Assembly: GCA_051885355.1 (NCBI GenBank)
Contig: JBJEXC010000001.1
Coordinates: forward strand, 14,359-78,358
Reading direction: 5' to 3'
DNA length: 64,000 nt
Source: Alphaproteobacteria bacterium
GTDB lineage: Bacteria; Pseudomonadota; Alphaproteobacteria; Rs-D84; CACZYB01
Shown here: piece after piece, positions 21,355 to 30,174 of the stretch
Layout: the number at the start of each line of letters is the position of its first letter
How positions within the stretch are numbered: position 1 is the first letter of the stretch
Program-made: the position numbers and the translations under genes
The notes under the pieces: model-generated
Told to the model about the DNA's origin: nothing
The model's input: only the letters and a program-made list of their open reading frames with translations
The model's database searches: none

Positions 21355-21834
21355 TTATCTGTGAATATTTTCTTTTTCTTGATTTAAAAGAAGTTTTATC
21401 ATTCTTACAGCATCATTATCATTTCGTGCCATAGAAAGAATGTTTATAGTCATATCAAACGCTCTGTTTTCAAGATAATTTTGTTCTTTATTTGATAAAT
21501 CAACATTTTCATATAACAATCTCATTTCATTAAGAATCATATTAAAAATTTTTGATTTATTTATAGATAGGGAAGAAGTAGAGGCAATAAATTGATTTTC
21601 TTCTACATTAGTTTTAATATTAAATTCATTTTCTTTTAACATATTATCATCATTAGAAGTAATCCAATTTATGTTAAAACCCATATCTGCCAATTTTTGC
21701 AAAGTTTTAAGTTTTGGTTTAGAAATTCCCCTTTCGTAATTTTGCCATGTAACTTCACCCAAACCTAAATAAGCAGACATTTCTTTTTGGGTTTTGCCAA
21801 GTGAAATTCGTATTTGTTTTAACTTTTCTTCCAT
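21355..21834 (-). CDS. XRE-family HTH transcriptional regulator
   Basis: N-terminal HTH_3 (LGKTQKEMSAYLGLGEVTWQNYERG); C-terminal domain unknown. Confidence 0.65.
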   Translation of the reverse strand: MEEKLKQIRISLGKTQKEMSAYLGLGEVTWQNYERGISKPKLKTLQKLADMGFNINWITSNDDNMLKENEFNIKTNVEENQFIASTSSLSINKSKIFNMILNEMRLLYENVDLSNKEQNYLENRAFDMTINILSMARNDNDAVRMIKLLLNQEKENIHR

Positions 21835-21981
21835 TTTTATCCTACTTTTTGAATATAAAACATATAAATTTATGTATTTTGTTCTTTACAAACATAAAAA
21901 TATATGTATATAATACTAATATATCATATATAACTGGAAATATGATATTTATTCAATTAATATATATTGTAGGAGAAAAAA

Positions 21982-22401
21982 ATGAAAAATACAAATAAAA
22001 ATATTAAAGAAATAAAAATTTCAACCGAACATAAATCAAAATTATATAATTTAATAGGTAATAGAATAAAATCAAAACGCATTGAATTAGGTATGACAGA
22101 GGAAGAACTTGCAAAAAAACTTTCTATTTCTGTAAAGGATATCAAAAATATTGAAAATGGAAGTCAAAAATTTACAGTGGATTTTCTTGCCCAAATGGCA
22201 TATACATTGGATATAAATAAAGTTTATTTATTAACTGGTGTAGATGATGAAATTTTAAAAGAGGATATCCAACTCCTAGATAGTTATATTGAATTTTTTA
22301 AAATGCTTCAAAGTTTATCGGATAAGAATAAAGAACGTTTATTGAATATGTTTGATAAAAAAATTACTCCTAATGTTAAAAAGTGTTTAAAGAACAAATA
22401 A
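21982..22401 (+). CDS. XRE-family HTH transcriptional regulator (divergent from 21355-21834)
   Basis: HTH_3 (LGMTEEELAKKLSISVKDIKNIENG); RBS GGAGAAAAAAATG. Confidence 0.65.
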   Translation: MKNTNKNIKEIKISTEHKSKLYNLIGNRIKSKRIELGMTEEELAKKLSISVKDIKNIENGSQKFTVDFLAQMAYTLDINKVYLLTGVDDEILKEDIQLLDSYIEFFKMLQSLSDKNKERLLNMFDKKITPNVKKCLKNK

Positions 22402-22442
22402 TGGACATTTTTTACATAAAATACAATTGTGGATTTTAATAG

Positions 22443-22471
22443 TTGACAAAGAATCAGAACAAATGTAGAAT
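22443..22471 (+). promoter_or_regulatory. lexA promoter (TTGACA-N17-TAGAAT) overlapping an imperfect alpha-type SOS box GAAC-N7-GAAT
   Basis: TTGACA 22443-22448 and TAGAAT 22466-22471. GAACAAATGTAGAAT at 22457-22471. Confidence 0.5.
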
Positions 22472-22507
22472 ATACATATAAAATTAAATAAGATTAAGGA
22501 GATAAAT

Positions 22508-23140
22508 ATGCTTACAAAACAGCAATTAAGACTTTTTATGATTATTGATGAAAGTTTGAAAAAGGATGGTATTTGCCCATCTTTTGAAGAAATGAAAAAT
22601 ATAATCGGCTTGAAATCTAAATCCGGAATTCACAGACTTATAAAAAGTTTGGAAGAAAGAGGTTTTATAAAACAAATTCCTAATAAGGCTAGGGCATTGG
22701 AAATTTTGAAATATCCTGAAAATTTCGCAACACATCAACCTGTAAATGATAATATAAAGATGACAACTATTCCACTTTATGGAAAAATTGCTGCGGGAAC
22801 TCCTATCACAGCAATTGCTGATACAACTGAAACAATGGATATTCCATCAGATATGCTTGGTATTGGTAAATTTTATGCCCTAAAGGTAGAAGGTGATTCT
22901 ATGATAGAGGCTGGTATCCACAGTGGCGATAGGGTTATTATTCAAGAAACTCCAAACGCAGAAAATGGAACAATAGTTGTTGCATTAATTGATAACGAAG
23001 AAGTCACTCTTAAATATCTTTATAAAAAAGACGGCTCTATTGCACTAAAACCTGCAAATCCAAATTATCAAACACGAATTTTCTCTCCAGATAGGGTAAA
23101 AATACAGGGAAAATTAGCAATGTTGATAAGACATTATTAA
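22508..23140 (+). CDS. lexA: LexA repressor
   Basis: N-terminal winged HTH. S24 peptidase domain with GDSM (Ser) and the TLKYL (Lys) dyad. 210 aa. Confidence 0.9.
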   Translation: MLTKQQLRLFMIIDESLKKDGICPSFEEMKNIIGLKSKSGIHRLIKSLEERGFIKQIPNKARALEILKYPENFATHQPVNDNIKMTTIPLYGKIAAGTPITAIADTTETMDIPSDMLGIGKFYALKVEGDSMIEAGIHSGDRVIIQETPNAENGTIVVALIDNEEVTLKYLYKKDGSIALKPANPNYQTRIFSPDRVKIQGKLAMLIRHY

Positions 23141-23182
23141 AAAAGGAAAAAATTCCTTGCAAAATAAACGAATCTGTGTTAG

Positions 23183-23197
23183 AACATAAATAGAACA
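23183..23197 (+). promoter_or_regulatory. SOS box (alphaproteobacterial type, GAAC-N7-GAAC) upstream of recA
   Basis: GAACATAAATAGAAC, 18 nt upstream of the recA ATG. Confidence 0.6.
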
Positions 23198-23214
23198 ACA
23201 AAAAGGAAACAAAA

Positions 23215-24276
23215 ATGTCTGAAAACAAACAAGAAGCATTAAAAGCGGCACTATCGCAAATTGAAAAATCTTTTGGTAAGGGAAGTATTATGAAACTTGG
23301 TGAACAGGAGGGACTTGAAATTCCATCTATCTCTACTGGTTCACTTGGACTTGATATAGCCCTTGGTATTGGTGGACTTCCACGTGGAAGAATTGTTGAA
23401 ATCTATGGGCCAGAAAGTTCTGGTAAAACAACATTAACTTTACATATTGTGGCGGAGGCTCAAAAGGCTGGTGGCACTTGCGCATTCGTTGATGCTGAAC
23501 ACGCACTTGATCCTGCTTATGCAAAAAAAATTGGTGTTGATATAGATAACCTTATTATTTCACAACCAGACTCTGGTGAACAAGCATTGGAAATCGCCGA
23601 CACTCTTGTCCGTTCTGGTGCAATTGATGTATTGATAGTTGACTCCGTTGCTGCCCTTGTGCCAAAGGCTGAATTAGAGGGCGAAATGGGTGATAGCCAT
23701 ATGGGTTTGCAAGCCCGTCTTATGTCCCAAGCATTAAGAAAACTTACCGCATCTGTTTCAAAATCAAATGCTCTTGTTGTTTTCATTAACCAAATTCGTA
23801 TGAAAATAGGTGTTATGTTTGGAAATCCTGAAACAACAACCGGCGGAAATGCTTTAAAATTCTACTCTTCTGTTCGTATGGATATTCGTCGTGTCGGTTC
23901 TATAAAGGATAAGGAAAATGTAATTGGAAACGAAACAAGAGTGAAAATCGTTAAAAACAAGGTTGCTCCTCCTTTCAAAACAGTTGATTTCGATATAATG
24001 TATAATCAAGGAATTTCCCGCGAAGGCGAAATTATTGAACTAGGTGTAAAGGCTGGCGTTATTGAAAAATCTGGTGCATGGTTCTCCTACAACTCTGAAC
24101 GCATTGGTCAAGGAAAGGAAAATGCTCGCCAATGGTTAAAGGATAATCCAAAAGTTGCACAGGAGTTAATCAAAAAAATTATGGAAAAATCTGGCATTAT
24201 AAATGAAAAAATGCTTGAAACTTCTGCAAATGCAACTGTTGATGATGATACTCCAGCATCAGAGCCAGCAGAATAA
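23215..24276 (+). CDS. recA: Recombinase RecA
   Basis: GPESSGKTT Walker A, L1/L2 loops; near-full identity to the RecA consensus. Confidence 0.97.
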   Translation: MSENKQEALKAALSQIEKSFGKGSIMKLGEQEGLEIPSISTGSLGLDIALGIGGLPRGRIVEIYGPESSGKTTLTLHIVAEAQKAGGTCAFVDAEHALDPAYAKKIGVDIDNLIISQPDSGEQALEIADTLVRSGAIDVLIVDSVAALVPKAELEGEMGDSHMGLQARLMSQALRKLTASVSKSNALVVFINQIRMKIGVMFGNPETTTGGNALKFYSSVRMDIRRVGSIKDKENVIGNETRVKIVKNKVAPPFKTVDFDIMYNQGISREGEIIELGVKAGVIEKSGAWFSYNSERIGQGKENARQWLKDNPKVAQELIKKIMEKSGIINEKMLETSANATVDDDTPASEPAE

Positions 24277-24320
24277 TTTTTCCCTAATCCGATAATATAA
24301 TCTCTCTTTGTTCCAAAAAT

Positions 24321-24352
24321 ACCCCTTATTACAAAAAAGGGGTATTTCTTCT
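24321..24352 (+). terminator. Rho-independent terminator after recA
   Basis: ACCCCTT-N9-AAGGGGT stem then a T-rich tail. Confidence 0.6.
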
Positions 24353-24434
24353 TATAGAAATATTTTCTTAAACTATTATAATAAACTAATTCCCTTATTC
24401 TCATCTTTTTTCATATTAAAAGGAGGGAGTTCTT

Positions 24435-25049
24435 ATGAAAAAATCTTTAATATCAGTAATTGTTCCAATAACAAATGTTAAAACTTGCTTATCAAAATGC
24501 TTGAAAAGTATCACAAACCAAACATACAAAAATCTTGAAATTATAATCATAGATAATGTAAAAGAAAAATCCTTAAAAGAAATCTACAAAAAATTCGCCT
24601 CAACCGATAAACGAATAAAAATTATAACAACAAAATCACAAAATATAAACAACCTAGCCCTTTCCCACGCAACAGGCGATTTCATACACTTCATAGCCTC
24701 CTGCGACTATATCTCCCCATCTTATTACGAAAAAATGCTCACCCTAGCAAAAGAAAACAAAAGTGACCTAGCCATAAGTGGCTTTAAAACCACCCGCACC
24801 AAACTTTGCTATACCAAAAATCAAATAGCACACAGCATCAAAGAAAAAGTCACCACAACAAAAATTAACAAATACGACTATATTTTCAGATATTTCATAA
24901 ACAGAAATTTCCTACTTGCAAACAACATCAAATTCCAAACTAACTCCATGCAAGATATGCTCTTCCTAATGCAAGCCATATTTTTTGCAAACAATATAGC
25001 CACAGTCCCAATTGTCACCTACTTTACAAACCTCCCCCTAAAAGAATAG
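24435..25049 (+). CDS. Glycosyltransferase family 2, short/decayed (possible pseudogene)
   Basis: GT2 N-terminal signature SVIVPITN...NQTYKNLEIIIID, but DxD region degraded (IIIDNVKEKS). Only 204 aa. Strongly G-depleted plus strand. Confidence 0.45.
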   Translation: MKKSLISVIVPITNVKTCLSKCLKSITNQTYKNLEIIIIDNVKEKSLKEIYKKFASTDKRIKIITTKSQNINNLALSHATGDFIHFIASCDYISPSYYEKMLTLAKENKSDLAISGFKTTRTKLCYTKNQIAHSIKEKVTTTKINKYDYIFRYFINRNFLLANNIKFQTNSMQDMLFLMQAIFFANNIATVPIVTYFTNLPLKE

Positions 25050-25097
25050 AAATTTTCCCCTTGCCCCATACATCGAAATATGCTATAATTAACTAAT

Positions 25098-27224
25098 ATG
25101 AGAACAAGGAATGACATAGAAAAACATAAACACTCACAACCATTTTATCATTTAAAAGGGATAAAGTGTAATCTATTTATACTACTTGCCTATATCATAT
25201 TCTCTGTGCCTAATATCGCCACAGCCAAAAAGGTCAAACCTGCAAGAAAGCAAAATTTAAAACGCCAACAAATAAATTCACTAAAAACAATCCCCCAAAC
25301 CGATATTCCTACTAAAACACAAGATACACTCCCCCTTACAGAAACAGGAAACGACCTCTTACTAAAAATAAAGGAGGCGGAGGAGAAAAAAGAAGAAGAA
25401 AATAAAAAAGAACTTTTGCAAATCCTTAATGACAATATGATGAAAGTAAAGGACTCCTGCCTCGGTATAGAAAAGGATTTAAAGACCATCCAAGTATTAG
25501 CAGGAGTATCCACAGGAGCGAGCGGGTTGGGAACCCTTACCTCTGGCGGAGCATTGGTAAGCGGTATAGTGAAATCGGGAAAGGATAAGAAGATAGAGGA
25601 GAATAAAAAGGAGATACAAAAGAAACAGTTACAAATCAAGGTAATTAACGGAGAAAATAGACTTAATGAGATAGATGCACTTTTTGAAACATCAAAAAAT
25701 AGAAGAAAAAAAGATATAGAAGAATTTGCTCTAAAAAGGCAAGAAGTTATGAAAGAAGTTCCTTTATTGTATAGGAAATATAATGATACATTAAAAGAAT
25801 ATAAATCTTGTAAAGAAGATATTAATAAACAATTAGAAGATAATAACAATAATGAAGAATATAAAAAACTTTTTAATAGAAAAGAACAACTTCAAGAAAT
25901 AGCATATCAAAGATATAAAGAAAAACATTTAGATAATGAAGATCCTTATATAAAGGAAACCCAAATTTATATAGAAGAATTAAGTAAAGAAGAAAAAAAA
26001 GAATGGCAAGATATACAGTCCAAAAAATCTGTATTTGAAAAAGAAATATTTAATAAGAATATGACCTGTGAAACTCTTAAAGATAAAGCAGATGAAATAA
26101 GCAATAAAATGTATAACTTAGATAAAATATATATTGGTGCAGGAAATGGTATTATTCAATCATTTGGAGGAAGAAATTTTTTAAGACATTCTAATAATAC
26201 ATTTGCACAAGGTGTTTCAATGGATGGTAGATCCGATGTCACAAATAACTTATCTTCTGTTCTATATGTAGGGACATTACAGTATTATATGAAAACTCAA
26301 AAACAACTAAATCTTCCTGCTCTTGTAGGAGTTGAAGCTAATGATACAGATAAAATTCTTACAGAAGAGGAGCTTAATTCAATTGCATATCCAGAAGAAA
26401 CTTTTACTGATGTAGATTCTTATATAAATAGATATAAAACAACCCAATATGACGATAATGATAAAGAATATATGATAGAGCAAGCAACAACAGAAGTAGC
26501 ACCAATAGGAGAACTTAAAAAACTTCAAAGTTTGCATTTAGAAAAAACACAGATAGAAAATAATAAACAAGATTTACTTTACAATTATGATAATGCAGAA
26601 ATTTATACCACCCAAGAGGATAAAGACAGGCTTACAAGAGAAATTGGAAAACTTCATCGTGATAACGAAAAACTTAACAATACCTCTAAAACCCTAGGCA
26701 ATGTCAGAACAGGTCTTATGGCGGGAAGTATAGCCACCTCGGCTACCTCTACTATCACCTCCGGTATCAATATCAAAAAACTCGACGACCTCATAGATAA
26801 AATAAAATCCTGTAATGCCTCTATCAACTCCCTTAAAACTAACCTAAATAATGCTATGGCGGAGGGGGCTGATACAGACCTTACCCTTTATAAGAACATA
26901 GCGAATTCTTGTAATGACTTAGACAGTAATAATATAAAAGACATAAAGGGAGTAATGACAGCCTCAACTATTGTAGGTGGTATAGGAACAGCGACAAGTG
27001 TTGCAGGCACTATAACTTCAGCCCTTGCAAACACGGAAAAAGTTCGTAAAGATGACAGTGAGGAAGGGGTAAAGAAGGAGAAGGGATTGAATCTAGCCTC
27101 AAACATAATGGCAGGAGTAACGACAGGGACTAGTGCAGGAGGGATAGTGTTAGGAGCGGTGACACTTAAGAAACTGCAAGACAATGTGGATAGAGCTGAA
27201 AGATGTGAGAAAGTATTGAAATAA
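25098..27224 (+). CDS. Large secreted/surface coiled-coil protein with four glycine-zipper (small-residue) helices
   Basis: Signal peptide (LLAYIIFSVPNIATA). Long K/E-rich coiled-coil. Repeated G/S/T-rich helix motifs (LAGVSTGASGLGTLTSGGALVSGIV; IVGGIGTATSVAGTITSALA; MAGVTTGTSAGGIVLGAV). Confidence 0.6.
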   Translation: MRTRNDIEKHKHSQPFYHLKGIKCNLFILLAYIIFSVPNIATAKKVKPARKQNLKRQQINSLKTIPQTDIPTKTQDTLPLTETGNDLLLKIKEAEEKKEEENKKELLQILNDNMMKVKDSCLGIEKDLKTIQVLAGVSTGASGLGTLTSGGALVSGIVKSGKDKKIEENKKEIQKKQLQIKVINGENRLNEIDALFETSKNRRKKDIEEFALKRQEVMKEVPLLYRKYNDTLKEYKSCKEDINKQLEDNNNNEEYKKLFNRKEQLQEIAYQRYKEKHLDNEDPYIKETQIYIEELSKEEKKEWQDIQSKKSVFEKEIFNKNMTCETLKDKADEISNKMYNLDKIYIGAGNGIIQSFGGRNFLRHSNNTFAQGVSMDGRSDVTNNLSSVLYVGTLQYYMKTQKQLNLPALVGVEANDTDKILTEEELNSIAYPEETFTDVDSYINRYKTTQYDDNDKEYMIEQATTEVAPIGELKKLQSLHLEKTQIENNKQDLLYNYDNAEIYTTQEDKDRLTREIGKLHRDNEKLNNTSKTLGNVRTGLMAGSIATSATSTITSGINIKKLDDLIDKIKSCNASINSLKTNLNNAMAEGADTDLTLYKNIANSCNDLDSNNIKDIKGVMTASTIVGGIGTATSVAGTITSALANTEKVRKDDSEEGVKKEKGLNLASNIMAGVTTGTSAGGIVLGAVTLKKLQDNVDRAERCEKVLK

Positions 27225-27313
27225 AAATTCCTCTTGCACTTTTGGGGGAAAATTGTATAATATTTATCATTAAACTACTTTGATATAAACAAACTAAACG
27301 AAAGGATTATAAA

Positions 27314-28327
27314 ATGGCTGTAAAAGTAGCAATAAATGGTTTTGGTCGTATCGGAAGAATGACTTTCCGTGCATTAATTGAAAGTGGAAGAAATGATGTT
27401 GAAGTTGTGGCTATCAATGATTTGGCAAGCCCTGAATCTTCACTACATCTTTTGAAATATGATACTGTTCATGGAAGACTTCCAGTAGAAGCAAAACTTG
27501 AAAACGGTGTGCTTATCGCTGGAAATCAAAAGGCAAAAATGTTTGCTATCCGTGATCCAAAGGAATATCCATGGAAGGATTTGGATATTGATATAGTTTT
27601 CGAATGCACAGGTATTTTCACAGAACGCGAAAAAGCACAAGTTCATTTGGACGCTGGTGCAAAAAGAGTTCTCGTTTCTGCTCCTGCAAAGGGTGCTGAT
27701 TTAACTGTTGTTTATGGTGTTAACCAAGACAAAATCACAAATGAGATGAGAGTTTTCTCAAACGCATCTTGCACAACAAACTGCTTGGCTCCTGTTGTAG
27801 AAGTATTACACAGAAACTTTGGCATTTCACACGGTTATATGACAACAATTCACTCATATACTGGCGACCAAGTAACACTTGATAGAGATTTAAAGGGCAA
27901 TCTTTACCGCTCTCGTGCTGCTGCACAAAACATTATTCCAACAACAACTGGTGCTGCAAAGGCTATAGGTCTTGTTATCCCAGAATTAGCAGGAAAACTT
28001 GACGGTGCTTCTACTCGTGTTCCAACACCTGATGTTTCACTTGTTGACTTTAAATTTGTTGTTAAAAAAGATGTTACTGCTGAAGAAATCAATAATGCAA
28101 TTATCGAAGCATCAAAGTCAGAAAGATACAAAGGTATCCTTTGCACAAATGATGACGCTTTGGTTTCATCTGATTTCATTCACAACCCTGCATCATCAAC
28201 TTTTGATTTAAAAGAAACAAAAGTTATGGAAGGAAATTTCGTTCGTATCGTTTCATGGTATGATAACGAATGGGGTTTCTCCAACCGTATGCTTGATACA
28301 GCAGTTGCAATTTCAAAAACAATCTAA
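27314..28327 (+). CDS. gap: Glyceraldehyde-3-phosphate dehydrogenase
   Basis: INGFGRIGR NAD-binding motif; ASCTTNCLAP catalytic Cys; 337 aa. Confidence 0.95.
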   Translation: MAVKVAINGFGRIGRMTFRALIESGRNDVEVVAINDLASPESSLHLLKYDTVHGRLPVEAKLENGVLIAGNQKAKMFAIRDPKEYPWKDLDIDIVFECTGIFTEREKAQVHLDAGAKRVLVSAPAKGADLTVVYGVNQDKITNEMRVFSNASCTTNCLAPVVEVLHRNFGISHGYMTTIHSYTGDQVTLDRDLKGNLYRSRAAAQNIIPTTTGAAKAIGLVIPELAGKLDGASTRVPTPDVSLVDFKFVVKKDVTAEEINNAIIEASKSERYKGILCTNDDALVSSDFIHNPASSTFDLKETKVMEGNFVRIVSWYDNEWGFSNRMLDTAVAISKTI

Positions 28328-28351
28328 TTTGTTTGAAATACTTAAACGAAA

Positions 28352-28375
28352 CCCTCCAATCGGAGGGTTTTTATT
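28352..28375 (+). terminator. Rho-independent terminator (CCCTCCAATCGGAGGG + T-run) after gap
   Basis: 6-bp stem, loop AATC, T8. Confidence 0.7.
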
Positions 28376-28458
28376 TTATTAGCAATTTTTATTGACAGTC
28401 TATTTTTTTTGTTTATACTATTTAACAAAAGCAATTAATAAAATGAAAGGTAATTAAA

Positions 28459-28845
28459 ATGTATTCAAATTACAATGAATCTCAAAATTATTATGGACCT
28501 AAAATTTTGACAACACTTGGAGCTTTTTTTCTTTGTGGGCTGTTATTAAGTGTGCCAATAGTAGATTATATTGAAGATAAAAAATACACTGAACTTCCTT
28601 TAACTACCGGAACAGTAGTGGAAAAATCAGTAATAAATAAAACCACCATATTTTCAATAGATACTGATGGTAACAAGGATACTATTGAAAAATTAATCAA
28701 AGTAAGAAACAATAGAGAAAATACTATATATATTATAAATATGAAAGAAGATTCTCAAATCCAATTTGCAGATAACAGTAAAAAAACTAAGTTGGATAAA
28801 TCAAGTATTTATAAAATTGATAATTTTATTGTTAAACAAAGATAA
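28459..28845 (+). CDS. Hypothetical membrane-anchored protein
   Basis: Single N-terminal TM helix. Promoter TTGACA-N16-TATACT at 28394-28421. Bracketed by two near-identical terminator hairpins. Confidence 0.45.
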   Translation: MYSNYNESQNYYGPKILTTLGAFFLCGLLLSVPIVDYIEDKKYTELPLTTGTVVEKSVINKTTIFSIDTDGNKDTIEKLIKVRNNRENTIYIINMKEDSQIQFADNSKKTKLDKSSIYKIDNFIVKQR

Positions 28846-28852
28846 AAAATCC

Positions 28853-28875
28853 CCTCCAATCGGAGGTTTTTTTTT
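28853..28875 (+). terminator. Rho-independent terminator; same CCTCCAATCGGAGG core as 28352-28375
   Basis: CCTCC-AATC-GGAGG plus T9. Confidence 0.7.
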
Positions 28876-28908
28876 AGTTATTTGTAGAAATTTAACGTTT
28901 TTTACTGT

Positions 28909-29183
28909 TTAAGCTATTCTTACAACGTCCGATACAAGAACTATAGTTTCTGCCCCTGTGAAAAGCACATTTTTTTTACAAGTTCCTTCTATATCTTTTA
29001 AAGAAAAAGTAGCAGTTGTAGTATTTTCTTCTGCTAAGACAGGGTTACTGCCAACATAAAGACTTAACATTAAAACTGTTGAAATTACAAATTTAAAAGA
29101 TTTTAAGATAGAAGTTTTGTTATGGAAAGAAGAAATAACTGACTTATTTACCCCCCCCCCATTTGTCTATTTATGTCTAACAT
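28909..29183 (-). pseudogene. Phase-variable small secreted protein gene, currently frameshifted OFF by a G10 tract just after the start codon
   Basis: Minus strand reads ATG TTA GAC ATA AAT AGA CAA ATG GGG GGG GGG TAA (MLDINRQMGGG*). With G11 or G8 the frame continues into a 91-aa ORF carrying a signal-peptide-like segment (ILKSFKFVISTVLMLSLYVGS). RBS AAAGGAAA upstream. Confidence 0.5.
29151..29160. repeat. Homopolymeric C10/G10 tract (only one of its kind in the window)
   Basis: Ten consecutive C in a ~30% GC background; no other G/C homopolymer longer than 5 seen. Confidence 0.95.
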
Positions 29184-29260
29184 ATTGTTTCCTTTCATTT
29201 TGTTGTTAAACTTCTTTTAAAATACCATATTTTAGGATTATATGCAATAATATTTTTCCC

Positions 29261-29288
29261 TTGCATTTTTAAGAGGTTATGTTATACT
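29261..29288 (+). promoter_or_regulatory. Putative sigma70 promoter of rpsU (TTGCAT-N16-TATACT)
   Basis: Sequence match ~70 nt upstream of the rpsU start. Confidence 0.4.
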
Positions 29289-29355
29289 AAACCCCAAGTT
29301 TTTTAGAACTTACCAAACTTCTATAAAAACAAATTCATCAAAAGGGGGTGAAATA

Positions 29356-29562
29356 ATGGTAAAAGTTCTAGTTCGTGATAACAATGTTGAACAAGCACTC
29401 CGTGTTCTTAAAAAGAAAGGACAAAAGGAAGGACTTCTTCGTGAAATAAAGGAAAGAAAGTACTATGAAACTGGTACTGCTATGAAAAAGCGTAAGAAGA
29501 ACGAAGCAGTTCGTCGTGAAAGAAAAAGAATATCAAAGGAAAAACAACTCCTCGGATATTAA
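29356..29562 (+). CDS. rpsU: 30S ribosomal protein S21
   Basis: Typical S21 sequence (VLVRDNNVEQALR...RREKKRISKEK); RBS AAAGGGGGTG. Confidence 0.9.
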   Translation: MVKVLVRDNNVEQALRVLKKKGQKEGLLREIKERKYYETGTAMKKRKKNEAVRRERKRISKEKQLLGY

Positions 29563-29567
29563 AAATA

Positions 29568-29595
29568 AGACCCCAATTACGGGGCTTTTTTTTAT
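29568..29595 (+). terminator. Rho-independent terminator after rpsU
   Basis: GACCCCAATTACGGGGC hairpin then T8. Confidence 0.6.
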
Positions 29596-30158
29596 TTTAT
29601 TGATTTTTTAACTTGCTCATTCACTTTCATAAAATCGTAAACATGCAAAAATCTTACTTCATATGGTTGGCTGTTTCCATTAGTTATTCTTGTTCCACCT
29701 GCCGTAGAAACATCAATGCTTCCCGTTCCAAATATTAAATCCAAAATATTTCTGTGAAGTCTTGTATCTGTGATTTTTACAAATGGCACAAACTTGTATG
29801 ATTTTATAAATACTCCCCTGATTTCAAGGATTCCTTTGTTCGTAATCACATATTTCATACTTTTAAATTTAAGGTATTGATATATAAAACAAATTGTAAA
29901 GATAATAATAGTTATTAGTACCCCAGTTATTATAATTGAAGTATTAAAATGTTTTCTAATAATATATAAATATCCTAAGATAACCCAAATAGACAATCCA
30001 AATGAATATAGCACAGCAAATATCAAAGAAATTTTACTTGGAATTTCCTTCATCAAGGAAACCTTTTCCCCTTTGCTGACATAATTTTTCCAATCGGTAT
30101 TAAATAAGTTCATAATGTCCTCCTTTATTATTATAAGGAGATTATAACATAAAATCAC
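29592..30158 (-). CDS. Membrane protein with bacterial PH (bPH_2 / YdbS-like) domain
   Basis: Two TM helices followed by a bPH_2-like beta-rich domain (VITNKGILEIRGVFIKSYKFVPFVKITD). Confidence 0.5.
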   Translation of the reverse strand: MILCYNLLIIIKEDIMNLFNTDWKNYVSKGEKVSLMKEIPSKISLIFAVLYSFGLSIWVILGYLYIIRKHFNTSIIITGVLITIIIFTICFIYQYLKFKSMKYVITNKGILEIRGVFIKSYKFVPFVKITDTRLHRNILDLIFGTGSIDVSTAGGTRITNGNSQPYEVRFLHVYDFMKVNEQVKKSIK

Positions 30159-30174
30159 TACTCACACAAGGAAT

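Noticed and set aside
25190-25849. 219-aa antisense ORF inside the coiled-coil protein gene
   Set aside because: Ser/Phe/Leu-rich translation is the mirror of the K/E-rich coiled-coil codons. No RBS. Shadow ORF.
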